Positions 29,686-48,136 of a stretch of 64,000 bases of DNA are shown here, in pieces. A program made the translations under genes and the position numbers. The notes below the pieces were generated by a model that saw only the letters and a list, made by a program, of their open reading frames with translations, was not told the DNA's origin and searched no databases. The DNA is from the human T2T-CHM13v2.0 reference genome, Homo sapiens. The number at the start of each line of letters is the position of its first letter. Positions within the stretch are counted from its first letter, which is position 1. The stretch lies in assembly GCF_009914755.1 (NCBI RefSeq), contig NC_060926.1; one strand, 5' to 3'.

Positions 29686-32600
29686 ACAGGAAGGTGGAAG
29701 AAGAAGGCAAAATAGAAGCCTCCAGTGATTGTCACCTCCACAGGAATATCAAATTGAACAATTATCCATACAACAAAGCACCTTCATATGAACCAAAAAT
29801 CAGGCAAGCAATCACAGGACCTAGTTTTCACATCATATCAAAGAAATAGGCATGAGGAGGGTAGGAAAGATAGTCTTGAATTGCTGACACCACGCCTCCC
29901 CTATCCCCCAGCAGTGGCTACATGACACAGAGATAAAATCTGTGTGCTTAGGGGAGAGAGAGCATTGTGATTGTGAGACTTTGCATTGGAACTCAGTGCT
30001 GTCCTGTCACACTAGAAAACAATACAGGGCAGAATCTGCAGGTGCCCATCCAGGGAGCATTTAGACCAGCCCTAGCCAGATGGGCATCATCAATCCCAGT
30101 AGAACCTGAGTTCTAGCTAGCCCTACCACAAGCTAAAGTACTCTGTGATCCTAAATAAACTTGAAAAGCAGCCTAGGCCACAAGGACTGTAATTTCTGGT
30201 CAAGTCCAGGGGCTGTGATGGGCTTGGAGCCAGTGGACTTGGGGTGCATGTGACCTAGTGAGACACCAGTTGGGGCAGCCAAGGGAGTGCTTGTGTTACC
30301 CCTCCCCTAACACCAGGTAGCTCACAGCTCCAGGAGAGCCTCTTTCCTTCTACTTGAGGAGAAGAGAGGAGAGAGTAAAGAGGACTTTGTCTTAACAAGC
30401 TGGATTCCAGTTCAGCCACAGTAAAATAGGGTACCAGTTTTGAGGCTCCCATTGTAGGAGTAGCTCCTAGTTGACATTGCTAGACCTACCTTGGGCCAGA
30501 AGAGAACCCACTGCCTTGATGGAAATGACCCAGTCCTGGCAGGGTTTATCATCTGCTGACTAAAGAACCCTTGGGTCTTAAATAAACATCAGTGGTACTC
30601 AGGCAGTTCTCACCACAGGCCCTGGGTGAGACCTAAGGCCATGCTGGCTTCAGGTGTTACCCAGTACATTCTCAGCTGTGGTGACCCTGGGGAGAGACTT
30701 CTTCTGCTCAAGGAAAGGAGAAGAAGAGTAAAGGAGACCTTGTTCCCTCTATAGCTTGGGTACCAGCTCAGCCACATTGAGAGAGAGCACCAAGCAGACT
30801 CCTAGGGTCATTGTTTCCAGGCCCTGGCTCCTGGATGGCACTTCTGGTCATACCCTGGGCCACACAGGAGCCCACTGACCTGAAGAGAGACCCAGGCCTG
30901 GCAGCATTCACCACAAGCTAACTGGGCCTTGAGTGAACATTGGCAATAGTCAGGTGGTAATTGCCAAAGGCCTGGGGCAGTGGTGGCCATGGAGAGATAC
31001 TCTGTTGGCATGAGGAAAGGAGAGAAAGGAGTGGGAAGAACTTTGTCTTGTAGCTTGTGTGTTAACTCAGTCACAGTAAAATGAAGCACCAAGTAGGTTC
31101 CTAAGGTGCCTGACTCCAGGCCGTGGCTCCTGGATGGCATTCTGGGAACTGCCATGGACCAGTAGGGAGCTGAATTCCATGGAAAGTAGAACACTAGACT
31201 GGCTGAATTCACCACCTGCTGACTTAAGAGGTCTGGACCTTGAGTGAACATTGGTGGTAGTCAGGCAGTGGTCACTGCAGGGCAAGGAGTACAAGAAAGT
31301 TATAGAACACCAAGCAGATTGACCCAAAGAAGACTATCTCAAAGTATTTAATAATTAAGCTCCCAATGATAAAGAAAATATCCAAAAAGCTGTAAGAGAA
31401 AAGAAACAAATAACATAAAATGAGCTCCAATATGTCTGGCAGCAGAATTCTCAAGGAATCCTTACAGAGCAGGAGAGAGTGGCATGACACACTTAAAGTG
31501 CTAAAGGAAAACAAAATTTACCCAAGAACAGTATAACTGGCAAAAAACATCCTTCAAACAGAAAGAAGAAATAAAGACTTTCCCAGACAAAAGCTGAGAA
31601 ATGTCATCAACACCAGACCTGTCCAACAAGAAATGCTAAAGGAAGTTCTTCAATCTGAAAGTAAAGGACATTAATGAACAATAAGAAATCACCTGAAGGT
31701 ACAAACTCTCTGGTAATAATAAGTACACAGAAATACTCAGAATATTAGACCTCCGTAACTGTGGTGTGCAAACTACTTATACCTCAAGTAGAGCAACTAA
31801 AAGATAAACCTATCAAAAATAAAAGCTATAACAACTTTTCAAGACACAGACAGTATAATGAGATATAAATAAACCACAAAAAGTTAAAAAGCAGAGGTGA
31901 TCAAGTTAAACTGTACAGTTTCTTTAGTTCTCTCCTTGCTTGTTAGTTTATTTGTTTTTGCAATCAGTATTAAGTTTGAATTTGTTTAAAATAATGTGTT
32001 ATATTATTTGCAAACTTCATGGTAACCTCAAATGAAAAACCTACAATGGATACACAAAAAAATAAGAAGCAAGAAATTAAAAAATGCCACCAGAGAACAC
32101 CATCTACACCAAAAAGAAAACAAGAAGGAAAGGATGGAAGAAAAGACCACAAAACAACCAAAATACAAATTACAAAATGGCAGTAATAAGTCCTTACTTA
32201 TCGATAATAACATGGAATGTTAGCAGACTAAACTCTCCAAGCAAAAGAGGTAGCATGGCTAAATAGACAACAAAAACCAAGACCTTATGATCTGCTGTCT
32301 ACCAGAAACACACTTTACCTACAAAGGCACACAGAGACTGAAAATAAAGGTATGGCAAAAGATATTCCATGACAATGAAAACCAAAAAAGAGCAGGAGTA
32401 GCTATAATTATATCAGAAAAAAAAATAGATTTCAAGATAAAAACTACAAGAAGTGACCAAGACGGTTACCATATAATGACAAAAGAGTCAAATTAGTAAG
32501 AAAATATAACAATTGTAAATATATATGTACCCAATATCAGAGCACCCAGATATAAAAAGCAAATATTAATGGAGCTAAAGAAAAAGACAGACCCCAATAC

Positions 32601-32836
32601 AATAATAGCTGGAGATTTTAATAGCCCCACTTTCAATACTGTACAGATCTTTCAGGCAAAATATTAACAAAGACAACAGACTTAATCTGCACTATAGATC
32701 GAATGGGTCTAACAGATATTTACAGAATGTTTCATTCAAAGGTTGCAAAATATACTTTCTTCTCCTAAGCACATGGGTTATTCTCAAGAATAAACCATAT
32801 GTTAGACCACAAAACAAGTCTTTAAAAATTCAAACA

Positions 32837-33166
<330 letters not shown>

Positions 33167-33764
33167 TTATATCAAGTACCTTATCTAATCACAATGGAAT
33201 AAAACTAGAAATCAATAACAAGAGGAACTTTGGGAACTATATAAACACATAGAAATTAAACAATATGCTCCTGAATGACCAGTTGGTCAATGAAGTTAAG
33301 AAGGAAATTTAGAAACTTCTTGAAACAAATGAAAATGGAAATACAGAATACAAAAGCCTATGGAATAAGACAAAAACAGTGCCAAGAAAAGTTTATAGCA
33401 GTAAGTATCCACATCAAAAAAGTAGCAAAACATCAAATAAACAACCTAATGATGCATCTTAAAGAATTAGAAAAGCAAGAGCAAACCAAACCCAAAGTTA
33501 GAAGAAAAAGTCATAACAGAAATAAAATTGAAGTAAAAAATACAAAAGATTAATGAAACAAAAATTGGTATTTTGAAATGATAATATCAACAAAGTATTA
33601 GCCAAACTAAGAAAAAAAGAGAGAAGACCAAAGTAAATAAAATCAGAGATGAAAAGAAAGAAAATAGAACTGAAACTACAGAAATTCAAAGAATCATTCA
33701 AGACTACTATAAGCAATTATATGCCAAGAAATTAGAAAACCTAGAAGAAATGGATAAATTCTTA

Positions 33765-34416
<652 letters not shown>

Positions 34417-37276
34417 TTAACAAACATTTAAAGAGGCATTAATACCAATCTTACTCAAACTATTCTGAAAAATAGAGAAGGAGTGAATATTTTGAAATGC
34501 ATTCCATGAGGCCAGTATTACTGATACCAAAACCAAAGACACATTAAAAAAAACAAAACTACAGAAAAATATCCCTGATGAATATTGATGCCAAAGTCCT
34601 CAAAAAAATACTAGCAAACTGAATTCAACAACGCATTAAGAACAGTCATCATAACCAACTGGGATTGCAAGAATGGTTCAACATATGCAAATCAATGTGA
34701 TACATCATATCAACAGAATGAACAACAAAAACCATATGATCATTTCAATTGATGCTGAAAAAGCATTACATAAAATTCAACATTGCTTCATGATAAAATA
34801 CTTCAAAAAAATGAGTATAGAAGGAACATAGTCCAACAGAATAAAAGTCATATATAACAGACCCACTGCTAGTATCATACAGAATGGAGAAAAACAAAGA
34901 GTATTTCCTCTAAGATATGGAAGAAGAAAAGGATGCCCACTTTCAGTACTTGTATTCAGCATACTATTGGAATTTCTAGATAGAGCCATCAGACAAGAGA
35001 AAGAAATAAAGGGCATGTAAATAGGAAAGGAAGAAGTCAACTTATCCTTGTATGCAGATGTAATGATCTTATTCTTGGAAAAACCTAAAGATTCCACTAA
35101 AGGACTATTAGAGCTGATAAATGAATTAAATGAAGTTGTAGGATACAAAATCAACATATAAAAATCAGCAGCATTCCTAAATGCCTTCAGTGAACAATCT
35201 GAAAAGAAAATCAAGAAATAATCCCATTTACAATAGCTAAAAATGAAACAAGATACATAGGAATAAGCTTAAACAAAGAAGTGAAAGATCTCTACAACAA
35301 AAACTATAAAACGATGAGCCAAAATAATTACAGGGCACACACAAATTAAAAAATATTTCATACTTATGGATTGGAAGAATCATCATTGTGAAAATGTCCA
35401 TACTAACCAAAGACAGCAATAGATTCAATGCAATCTCTAGCAAAATACCAATGACATTCTTCACAGAAATAGAAAAAATAATCATATAATTTATATGGAA
35501 CCACAAAAGACCCAGCCAGAATAGTCAAAGTCATCCTGAGTAAATAGAACAAAACTGGAGGAATCACATTACTGACTTCAGATTATACTACAAAGCTATA
35601 GTAACAAAAACAGCATAGTACTGTTACAAAGACAGACACATCGACTGATATGGTTTGGATCTGTGTCTTCAACCAAATCTCATGTTGAAATCTAATCTTT
35701 CATGCTGGAGGTGGGGCCTGATGGGATGTGATTGGATCAGGGAAGTAGATTCCCTTCTTGGCACTGTGTCAAAATAGTGAGTGAGTTCTCATAAGTGAGA
35801 TCTGGTTGTTTAAAAATATGTAGTGTCTTCCCGTCTCTCTTCCTCCTGTTCCAGCCACGTAAGACATGCCTGCTTCCCATTTACCTTTTGCCATGATTGT
35901 AGGTTTTCTGAGGCCTCCCTGAAGCAAGTCCTGCCCTGCTTCCTGTACAGCCTGCAGAACTGTGAGCCATTTAAACTTCTTTTCTTTATAAATCACTGAG
36001 TCTTAGGTATTTCTTTATAACACTGTGAGAATGGACTAAGACAGAAAATTGGTACCCAGGAGTCAGGCATTGCTATAAAGATATCTGAAAATGTGGAAGC
36101 AGTTTTGGAACTGGGTAATGAGCAGATGAGGGAAAGTTTGAACCTTCCTAGAGACTTGATAAATTGTTGTGACCAAAATGCTGATACTGATATGGACAAT
36201 GAAGTTCAGGCTGAGGAGGTCTCAGATGGAGATGAGGAACTTATTGGGAATTGGAGCAAAGGTCACTTTTGTTACACATTAGCAAAGAGATTGGGTGCAT
36301 TGTGACTCTGCCCTCGGTATCTGTGGAACTTTGTACTTGAGAATGATGATTTAGAGTAACTGGCAGAAGAAATTTCTAAACAGCAGTGTTGAAGATGTGG
36401 CCTGGCTGCTTCTAACAGCATATGCTCCTATGCATAAGCAAAGAAATGACCTGAAACTGGAAGTTATATTTAAAAGGGAAACAGAGGATAAAAGTTTAGA
36501 AAATTTGCACCCTGGCCATGTGGTAGAAAAAAAAAAAGAGAAGTCAAATGCTAATATCACAGACAATGAGAAAAAAGGCCTTGAAGGCATTTAGAGATCT
36601 ACAGGGATGCCCTTCCCATCACAGGTCCAGAGGTTTTGGAGGAAAGAATGGCTTCATGGGCAAAGCCAGGGGCCCCACTGTGCTGTGCAGCCTTGGGACA
36701 CTGTTGCCTCCTTCCCAGTCACTCCAGCTCCAGCCCTAGCTAAAGGGGGGGCAGATGCATTTCACATTGCTGCCTTAGAGGTTGCAAGCCATAAGCCTTG
36801 GTGGCTTCCACATGGTGTTAAGCCTGCAGGCACACAGAGTGCAAGTGTTGAGGCTTGGGAGCCTCCACCTAGATTTCAGCAGATGTATTGAAAAGCCTGG
36901 ATGTCTAGGCACAAGCGTGCTGCAAGGGCAGAGTCCTCATGGAGAACCTCTATTAGGACAGTGCAAAGGGGAAATGTGGGGTTGGAGCCCACACACAGAG
37001 TCCCCACTGGGGCACTGCCTAATGGAGCTATGAGCAGAAGGCCACAATCCTCTTGACTCCGTATGGTAGACCAACTGGCAGCTTGCATCCTACACCTGGA
37101 AAAGTCATAGGCATTCAAAGCCAGTCCATGAGAGCAGAAGTGGGGACTGAATCCTGGAAAGTCACAGGGGTAGAGCTGCCCAAGACCATGGGAGCCCACA
37201 CTTTGAATCAGCATACCCTGGATGTGGGATATGGAGTCAAAGGAGATTATTTGGGACCTTTAAGATTTAATGACTG

Positions 37277-38314
37277 GGAGGGGAGGAGCCAAGATGGCCG
37301 AATAGGAACAGCTCCAGTCTACAGCTCCGAGCATGAGCAATGCAGAAGACGGGTGATTTCTGCATTTCCAACTGAGGTACCGGGTTCATCTCACTGTGGA
37401 GTGCCAGATAGTAGGTGCAGGACAGTGGGTGCAGTACACTGTGCATGAGCCGAAACAGGGTGAGGCATCGCCTCACCCAGGAAGCACAAGGGGTCAGGGA
37501 ATTCCCTTTCCTAGTCAAAGAAAGCAGAGAGAGATGGCACCTGGAAAATTGGGTCACTCCCAACCTAATACTGCGATTTTCCTACAGGCTTAAAAAAACG
37601 GCACACCAGGAGATTATATCCCGCACATGGTTCAGAGGGTCCTACGCTGACGGAGTCTTGCTCATTGCTACCCCAGCAGTCTGAGATCAAACTGCAAGGT
37701 GGCAGCAAGGCTGGGGGAGGGGGGCCCGCCATTGCCGAGTTAGTTGTTTGATTAGGTAAACAAAGCAGCCGGGAAGCTCAAACTGGGTGGAGCCCACCAC
37801 AGCTCAAGGAGGCCTGCTTGTCTCTTTAGGCTCCACCTCTGAAGGCAGGGCACAGACAAACAAAAAGACAGCAGTAACGTCTGCAGACTTAAATGTCCCT
37901 CTCTGACAGCTCTGAAGAGAGTAGTGGTTCTCCCAGCACGCAGCTTGAGATCTGAGAATGGGCAGACTGCCTCCTCAAGTGGGTCCCTAACCCCCAAGTA
38001 GCCTAACTGGGAGGCACACCCCAATAGGGGAGGACTGACAACTCACACGGCTGGGTACTCCTCTGAGACAAAACTTCCAGAGGAAGGATCAGGCAGCAGC
38101 ATCTGCAGTTCACCAATATCTGCTGTTCTGCAGCCACCGCTGCTGATACCCAGGCAAACAGTGTCTGGAGTGGACCTCTAGCAAACTCCAACAGACCTGC
38201 AGCTGAGGGTCCTGTCTTTTAGAAGGAAAACTAACAAACAGGAAGGACATCCACACCAAAAACCCATTTGTACGTCACCATCATCAAAGACCAAAGGTAG
38301 ATAAAACCACAAAG
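37277..38314 (+). promoter_or_regulatory. L1 5'UTR internal sense/antisense promoter with YY1 site and the ~129-bp ZNF93-binding segment
   Basis: YY1 motif caagatggccg at 37290-37300; segment ~38060-38188 is absent from L1HS/L1PA2; CpGs partly decayed. Confidence 0.75.
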
Positions 38315-39325
38315 ATGGGGAAAAAACAGAGCAGAAAAACTGGAAATTCTAAAAATCAGAGCACCTCTCCTCCTCCAAAGGAATGCAGCTCCTCACCAGT
38401 AATGGAACAAAGCTGGACAGACAATGACTTTGATGAGTTGAGAGGAGAAGGCTTCAGACGATCAAACTACCCCAAGCTACAGGAGGAAATTCGAACCAAT
38501 GGCAAAGAAGTTAACAGCTTTGAAAAAAAATTAGATGAATGGATAACTAGAATAACCAATGCAAAGAAGTCCTTAAAGGACCTGATAGAGCCGAAACCAA
38601 GGCACGAGAGCTATGTGACGAATGCACAAGCCTCAGTAGCCAATGCAATCAACTGAAAGAAAGGGTATCAGTGATGGAAGATCAAATGAATGAATGAAGC
38701 GAGAAGAGAAGTTTAGAGAAAAAAGAATAAAAAGAAACAAAGCCTCCAAGAAATATGGGACTAAGTGAAAAGACCAAATCTACGTCTGATTGGTGTACCT
38801 GAAAGTGACAGGGAGAATGGAACCAAGTTGGAAAACACTCGGCAGGATATTATCCAGGAGAACTTCCCCAATCTAGCAAGGCAGGCCAACATTCAAATTC
38901 ACGAAATACAGAGAATGCCACAAAGATACTCCTCGAGAAGAGCAACTCCAAGACACATAATTGTCAGATTCACCAAAGTTGAAATGAAGGAAAAAATGTT
39001 AAGGGCAGCCAGAGACAAAGATCAGGTTACCCACAAAGGGAAGCCCATCAGACTAACAGCTGATCTCTTGGCAGAAACTCTACAAGCCAGAAGAGAGGGG
39101 GGACCAATATTCAACATTCTTAAAGAAAAGAATTTTCAACCCAGAATTTCATATCCAGTCAAACTAAGCTTCATAAGTGAAGGAGAAATAAAATACTTTA
39201 CAGACAAGCAAATGCTGAGAGATTTTGTCACCACCAGGCCTGCCCTAAAAGAGCTCCTGAAGGAAGCACTAAACATGGAAAGGAAAAACCAGTAACAGCC
39301 ACTGCAAAAACATGCCAAATTGTAA
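38315..39325 (+). pseudogene. L1 ORF1p, disrupted
   Basis: MGKKQSRKTGNSKNQS... broken by frameshifts and stops into 38315-38656 and 38765-39295. Confidence 0.95.
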
Positions 39326-39388
39326 AGACCATTGAGGCTAGGAAGAAACTGCATCAACTAACGAGCAAAATAACCAGCTAACATCATA

Positions 39389-43203
<3,815 letters not shown>

Positions 43204-43565
43204 ACAATGAGAACACATGGACACAGGAAGGGGAACATAACACACCGGGGACTGTTGTGGGGTGGGGGGAGGGGGGAGGGATAACATTAGGAGAGATACC
43301 TAATGGTAAATGATGAGTTAATGGGTGCAGCACACCAACATGGCACATGTAAACATATGTAACAAACTTGCACGTTGTGCACATGTACCCTAAAACTTAA
43401 AGTATAATAGTAATAAAATTTAAAAAAAAGATTTAATGACTGCCCTGCTGGGCTTCAGACTCGCATAGGACCTGTAGCTCATTTCTTTTGGCTGATTTCT
43501 CACTTTTGGAATGGGAGTATTTGCGCAATGCCTATATGCCCATTGCATCTTGGAAGTAACTAACT

Positions 43566-43605
<40 letters not shown>

Positions 43606-43623
43606 CGTCGTCATCGTTGTTGT
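43566..43623. repeat. (GTT)n microsatellite inside the MSTA internal region
   Basis: Seen directly. Confidence 0.95.
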
Positions 43624-44617
43624 TTGTACAGGCTCTTTGGCAGAAGGGACTATATTTCAGATAAGACTTTAGGCTGTGGACATTTTAGCTAACGCTGGAA
43701 TGAGTTAAGACTTTGGAAGACTGTTGGGAAGGCATGATTATATTTTGAAATGTGAGAAGAACATGAGATTTAGGAGGGGCCACTACATCTGTGTCCCCAT
43801 CTAAATCTCAAGTTGAAATTTAATCCCCAGTGCTGGAGATGGTGCCTGGTGGAATGTAATTGGATCATGGGGGTGGATTTTCCCTCGGTACTCTGTTGCA
43901 ATAGTGAGTGAGCTCTTGTGTGATCTGGTTGTTTAAAATTGTATAGCACCTCTCCTCTCTCTCTCTCTTCCTCCTGCTCCAGCCAGGTAAGATGTGCCTG
44001 CTTCCCCTTGCCTTCTGCTGTGTTTGTAAGTCTCCTGAGGCCTCCATGAAGCAGATGCCATACTTCATGTACAGCATGTGGAACTGTGAGCCAGTTAAAC
44101 CTCTTTTCTTTATAAATCACTGAATCTGAGATTTTTTTTATAGAAGTGCAAGAAAGAACTAACACAAAGACTGCTGGAATAAAGTAGAGAATCCAGAAAT
44201 AAATCTGTACACCTATGACGAAATCATTTTTGACAAAGGTGCCAAAAACATACAATGAGGAAAAAACCATTTTTTCTATAAATTTTTCTGGGAAAACTAG
44301 ATATCCATATGCAGAAGAATAAAACTAGACCCCTACATCTCACCATAAATATCAAATCAGAATGGATTGAAGACTAAAATCTAAGACCTCAAATTATGAA
44401 ACTACTACAAGAAAACATTGTGAAGAATCTCCAGGACATTGGTTTGGGCAAAGATTTCTTGAGTAATACCTCACAACCACAGACAATCAAACCTGAAATG
44501 AACAAATGGGATCAAGTCAAGTTAAAAAACCTCATGCACAACAAAGAAAACAATCAACAAAATGAAGAGACAGCCAACATAATAGAAGAAAATATTAGCA
44601 AACTATCAATCTGACAC

Positions 44618-44828
44618 TATTATATACATAAGGAGAATATATATATATAATATATATAAGGAGAATATATATGTTATATATATATTATATATATTATATA
44701 TATAAGGAGAATATATATATTTTATATATATAATTATATATAATATATATAAGGAGAATATATATATTTTATATATATAATTATATATAATATATATAAG
44801 GAGAATATATATAATATATATATATATA
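44618..44828. repeat. AT-rich minisatellite with five AAGGAGAAT anchors separated by (TA)n
   Basis: Anchors at ~44630, 44658, 44704, 44751, 44798. Confidence 0.9.
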
Positions 44829-46144
44829 AAACCAGAATATAGAAGGAGCTCAAACAATTCAATTTTTAAAAGTCCAGTAATCCTATTAAAAGATGGGCAA
44901 ATATCTTAATAGACACTTCTCAAAAGAAGACTTACAAATGGCAAACAGGTATATCAAATGGTGCTCAACAGCATTGACAATCAGAGAAATGCAAATCAAA
45001 ACTACAATGAGATATCATCTGACCCCAGTTAAAACTCTTTTTATGCAAAAGATAGGCAATAATGAATGCCAGTGAAGATGTGGAGAAACATGAGCCCTCA
45101 TTCACTGTTGGTAGAAATGTAAATTAGTATAGCCACTACAGAGAGCACTATGAAAGTTCCTCAAAAAACTAAAACATAAACTGCCATATGCTCCAGGAAT
45201 CCCACTACTAGGTTATGTCCCCAAAAGATCAGTACATCATATAGATACCTGTACTTGTATGTTTATTGCAGCACTATTCACATACGCCAAGATTTGGAAT
45301 CAAAGTTAGTGTCTATCAACAGAAGAATAAATAAAATGTGGAGTACTATTCAGTTATTAAAATAATGAAAGCCTATCAACTGCAGTAATACAAATGGAAT
45401 TTGACAAGATTATTTTAAGTGAAATTAGCCAGGCACAGAAAGATAATCCTTACAATTTTTCACTCATCTGTGGAACCTAAAAATTAAAACAATTAAACTC
45501 GTGGAGATAGAGAGTAGAATAAACGTTACCAGAGTCTAGGAAAGGTGGAGCAGGAGGAATGGGGATGGTTAATAGGTACAAAAATATACTTAGAATGAAT
45601 AAGATCTAGCATTTGATAGCACAACAAGATGACTACAGTCAGCAGTAATTTGTTGTACATTTAAGAATAACTGAGGGAGGACAGTTGGAAAGTTCATAAT
45701 ACAAAGAAAGGATGAATGCTTGAGGTGATGGATACCCCATTTTCCCTGATGTGATTATTACACATTGTATACCTGCATCAAGATATTTCATGTACCCCAT
45801 AAATATATACACCTACTGTATACCCATAAAAACTAAAATGAAAAGAAGTTAAAGAAAATAAATCCTGCAATTTGTGACAACATACATGAACCTAGAAGAT
45901 ATTATGCTAAGTAAAAGAAACAAAAAGATACTGCATAATTACACATATATGTGAAATCTTAAATACAGTCAAATTCATAGAAACAGAGAGTAGAATGGTG
46001 ATTATGACAGTGAGGGTGGGGAAAAGGGAAGTGTTGACTAAAATCAACAATAATTTATTGTACATTTTGACATAAATAAAAGTATAATTGAAATGTTTAT
46101 AACACAAAGAAATGATAAATGTATGAAGTGATGAATACCCCACT

Positions 46145-47450
46145 TAAAAAAAATGCTACCAACAAAAATATAAACCTCACACCAGGAGGATTCACAGCCA
46201 GATTCTATTAGATATATATAAAGAAAGACATGGTACCAAATCTAAGAAACTATTCCAAAAATCGAGGAGGAGGAATTAAAGATTTAAATGTAAGACTTTG
46301 AACTACAGGAATCATAGAGGAAAACCTAGGAAGCACCATTCTGGATATTGGCCTTAGGAAAGAAGTTAAAACTAAATCCTCAAAAGCAATTACCAAAAAA
46401 ACAAAAAAAAAAAAACAAAAAAAAAAAAACGAGGGACCTAATTAAACTAAAGAGCTTCTGTACAGCAAAAGAAACTAACAGAGTAAACTGACAACCTACA
46501 GAATGGTAGAAAATTTTTGCCAACTACGAATTCAACAAAGTTCTATTATCCAGAATCTATAAGAATCTTAATTCAATAAGCAAAAAACAAAAATCCCATT
46601 AAAAAGTGGGCAAAAGATATAAACAGACACTTCTCAAAAGAAGACATACAAACCAGCAACAAAAATGTGAAAAAATGTGCATCATCGCTAACCATCAGAG
46701 AAATACAAATCAAAACCATAGTGAGATACATTCTCACACCTATCAGAATGGCTATTACTAAAAAGTCAAAAAAGCAACAGATGTTGACAAGGCAGCAGGG
46801 CACAAGGAACACTTCTACACTGTTGGTGGGAATGTAAAGCAGTTTAGCCACTGTGGAAAGCAGTTTAAATATTTTTCAAAGAACAGTACTGTTTGACCCA
46901 GCAATTCTATTACTGAGTATGTAGCCAAAGGAATATAAATCATTCTACCAAAAAGAAACATGCACTCATGTTCATCACAGCACTATTCACAATAGCAAAA
47001 ACATGAAATCAACCTATGTACCCATCAATGGTGGATTAAATAAAGAAAATGTGGTCCATATACACTATGGAATACTATGCAGCCATTTAAAAAGTACAAA
47101 ATCACATCCTTTGCAGCATTATGGATGCAGCTGGAGGCCATCATCTTAAGCAAATTAATGCAGAATCAGAAAACCAAATGCCACATGTTCTCACTTATAA
47201 GTGGGAGTTAACATTAGAACTCATGGACATAAAGATGGCAACAACAGACACTGGGGACCACAAGAGGTGGGAGGAAGGGAGGGGGACAAGAATTGAAAAA
47301 CTTCTTGGGTACTATGCACATTACCTGGGTGATGCGATCAATACTACTCCAAACCTCAGCATCATGCAATATACCCAGATAACAAACCTGCACATGTACC
47401 CCAGAATCTAAAATAAAATTTGAAATTATAAAAAATAAATATAATAAAAA
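46145..47450 (+). mobile_element. 3' part of the L1PA16/L1PB-like element, with an internal ORF2 deletion at ~46277
   Basis: 'ggattcacagcc...ggtaccaaat' then a jump to 'attaaagatttaaatgtaagac'; 3'UTR 'aaacctcagcatcatgcaatataccc...ctaaaataaaa' and A-rich tail. Confidence 0.85.
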
Positions 47451-47470
47451 ATGCAACATGTCATGCTCCT

Positions 47471-48136
47471 TGTTGGGTTATTCTATTTGCAAAGTTGAAG
47501 AGTTCCCAAGACTACTGTCATTCTGACACCAAATGCCAAGTTCAGTGTTCCCCAAATAATCCTCACTCTGGTGCCTATTATAAGTTCAGGGGTCCTCCAG
47601 ACCACCCTTATTCTTGATAATTTGCTGGAATTCACTGTGAAAGCTGTTGTACTAATGGTCATGGATTATTACAGTGAAAGGATACAGATTAAAATCAGCC
47701 ATGGGAGGTGGCACAAAAGACAGAGTCCAAACAAGTTCCACATGTGGAATTTCCAGGTGTTCTTTCGCAGTGAGGTTATGGATAGTGCTACCTTCTCCAG
47801 GCTATCACATGTGACCATACTCAAGGAGTATTGCCAATTAGAGAAGCTCAAGCAAGCCTTGATGTTCAGAGTTTCTATTGGCACTTGGTCACATAGATAT
47901 GGTTGACACCACATGACTGACCTTTAGTCTCTAGCCCTTCCAGAAGTCGAGTTGATACTACATGGTCCAAAACCCACATTATATATCACATTGTGAGATT
48001 ATCCAACGTGACCCAAGGCCTTTAACTAAACAGACACTCTTTTCAGGCAGGTCAATCCAAGGCTTAGCGATTACCTTCCAGGAACAAAAAACAAAGGTTA
48101 CATATCTTTCTTTAGGTATGATTAATTCTTTACTAA
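47471..48136 (-). mobile_element. MER21-family LTR
   Basis: 'ttattacagtgaaaggatacagattaaaatcagcca' core and 'attaattctttacta' end. Confidence 0.8.

Noticed and set aside
30330-31260. Three diverged ~300-360-bp direct repeats as a novel array
   Set aside because: Best explained as internal repeats of the L1MA 5'UTR
44618-44828. Repeat-spacer pattern resembling CRISPR
   Set aside because: Spacers are near-identical (TA)n, the context is eukaryotic and there are no cas genes
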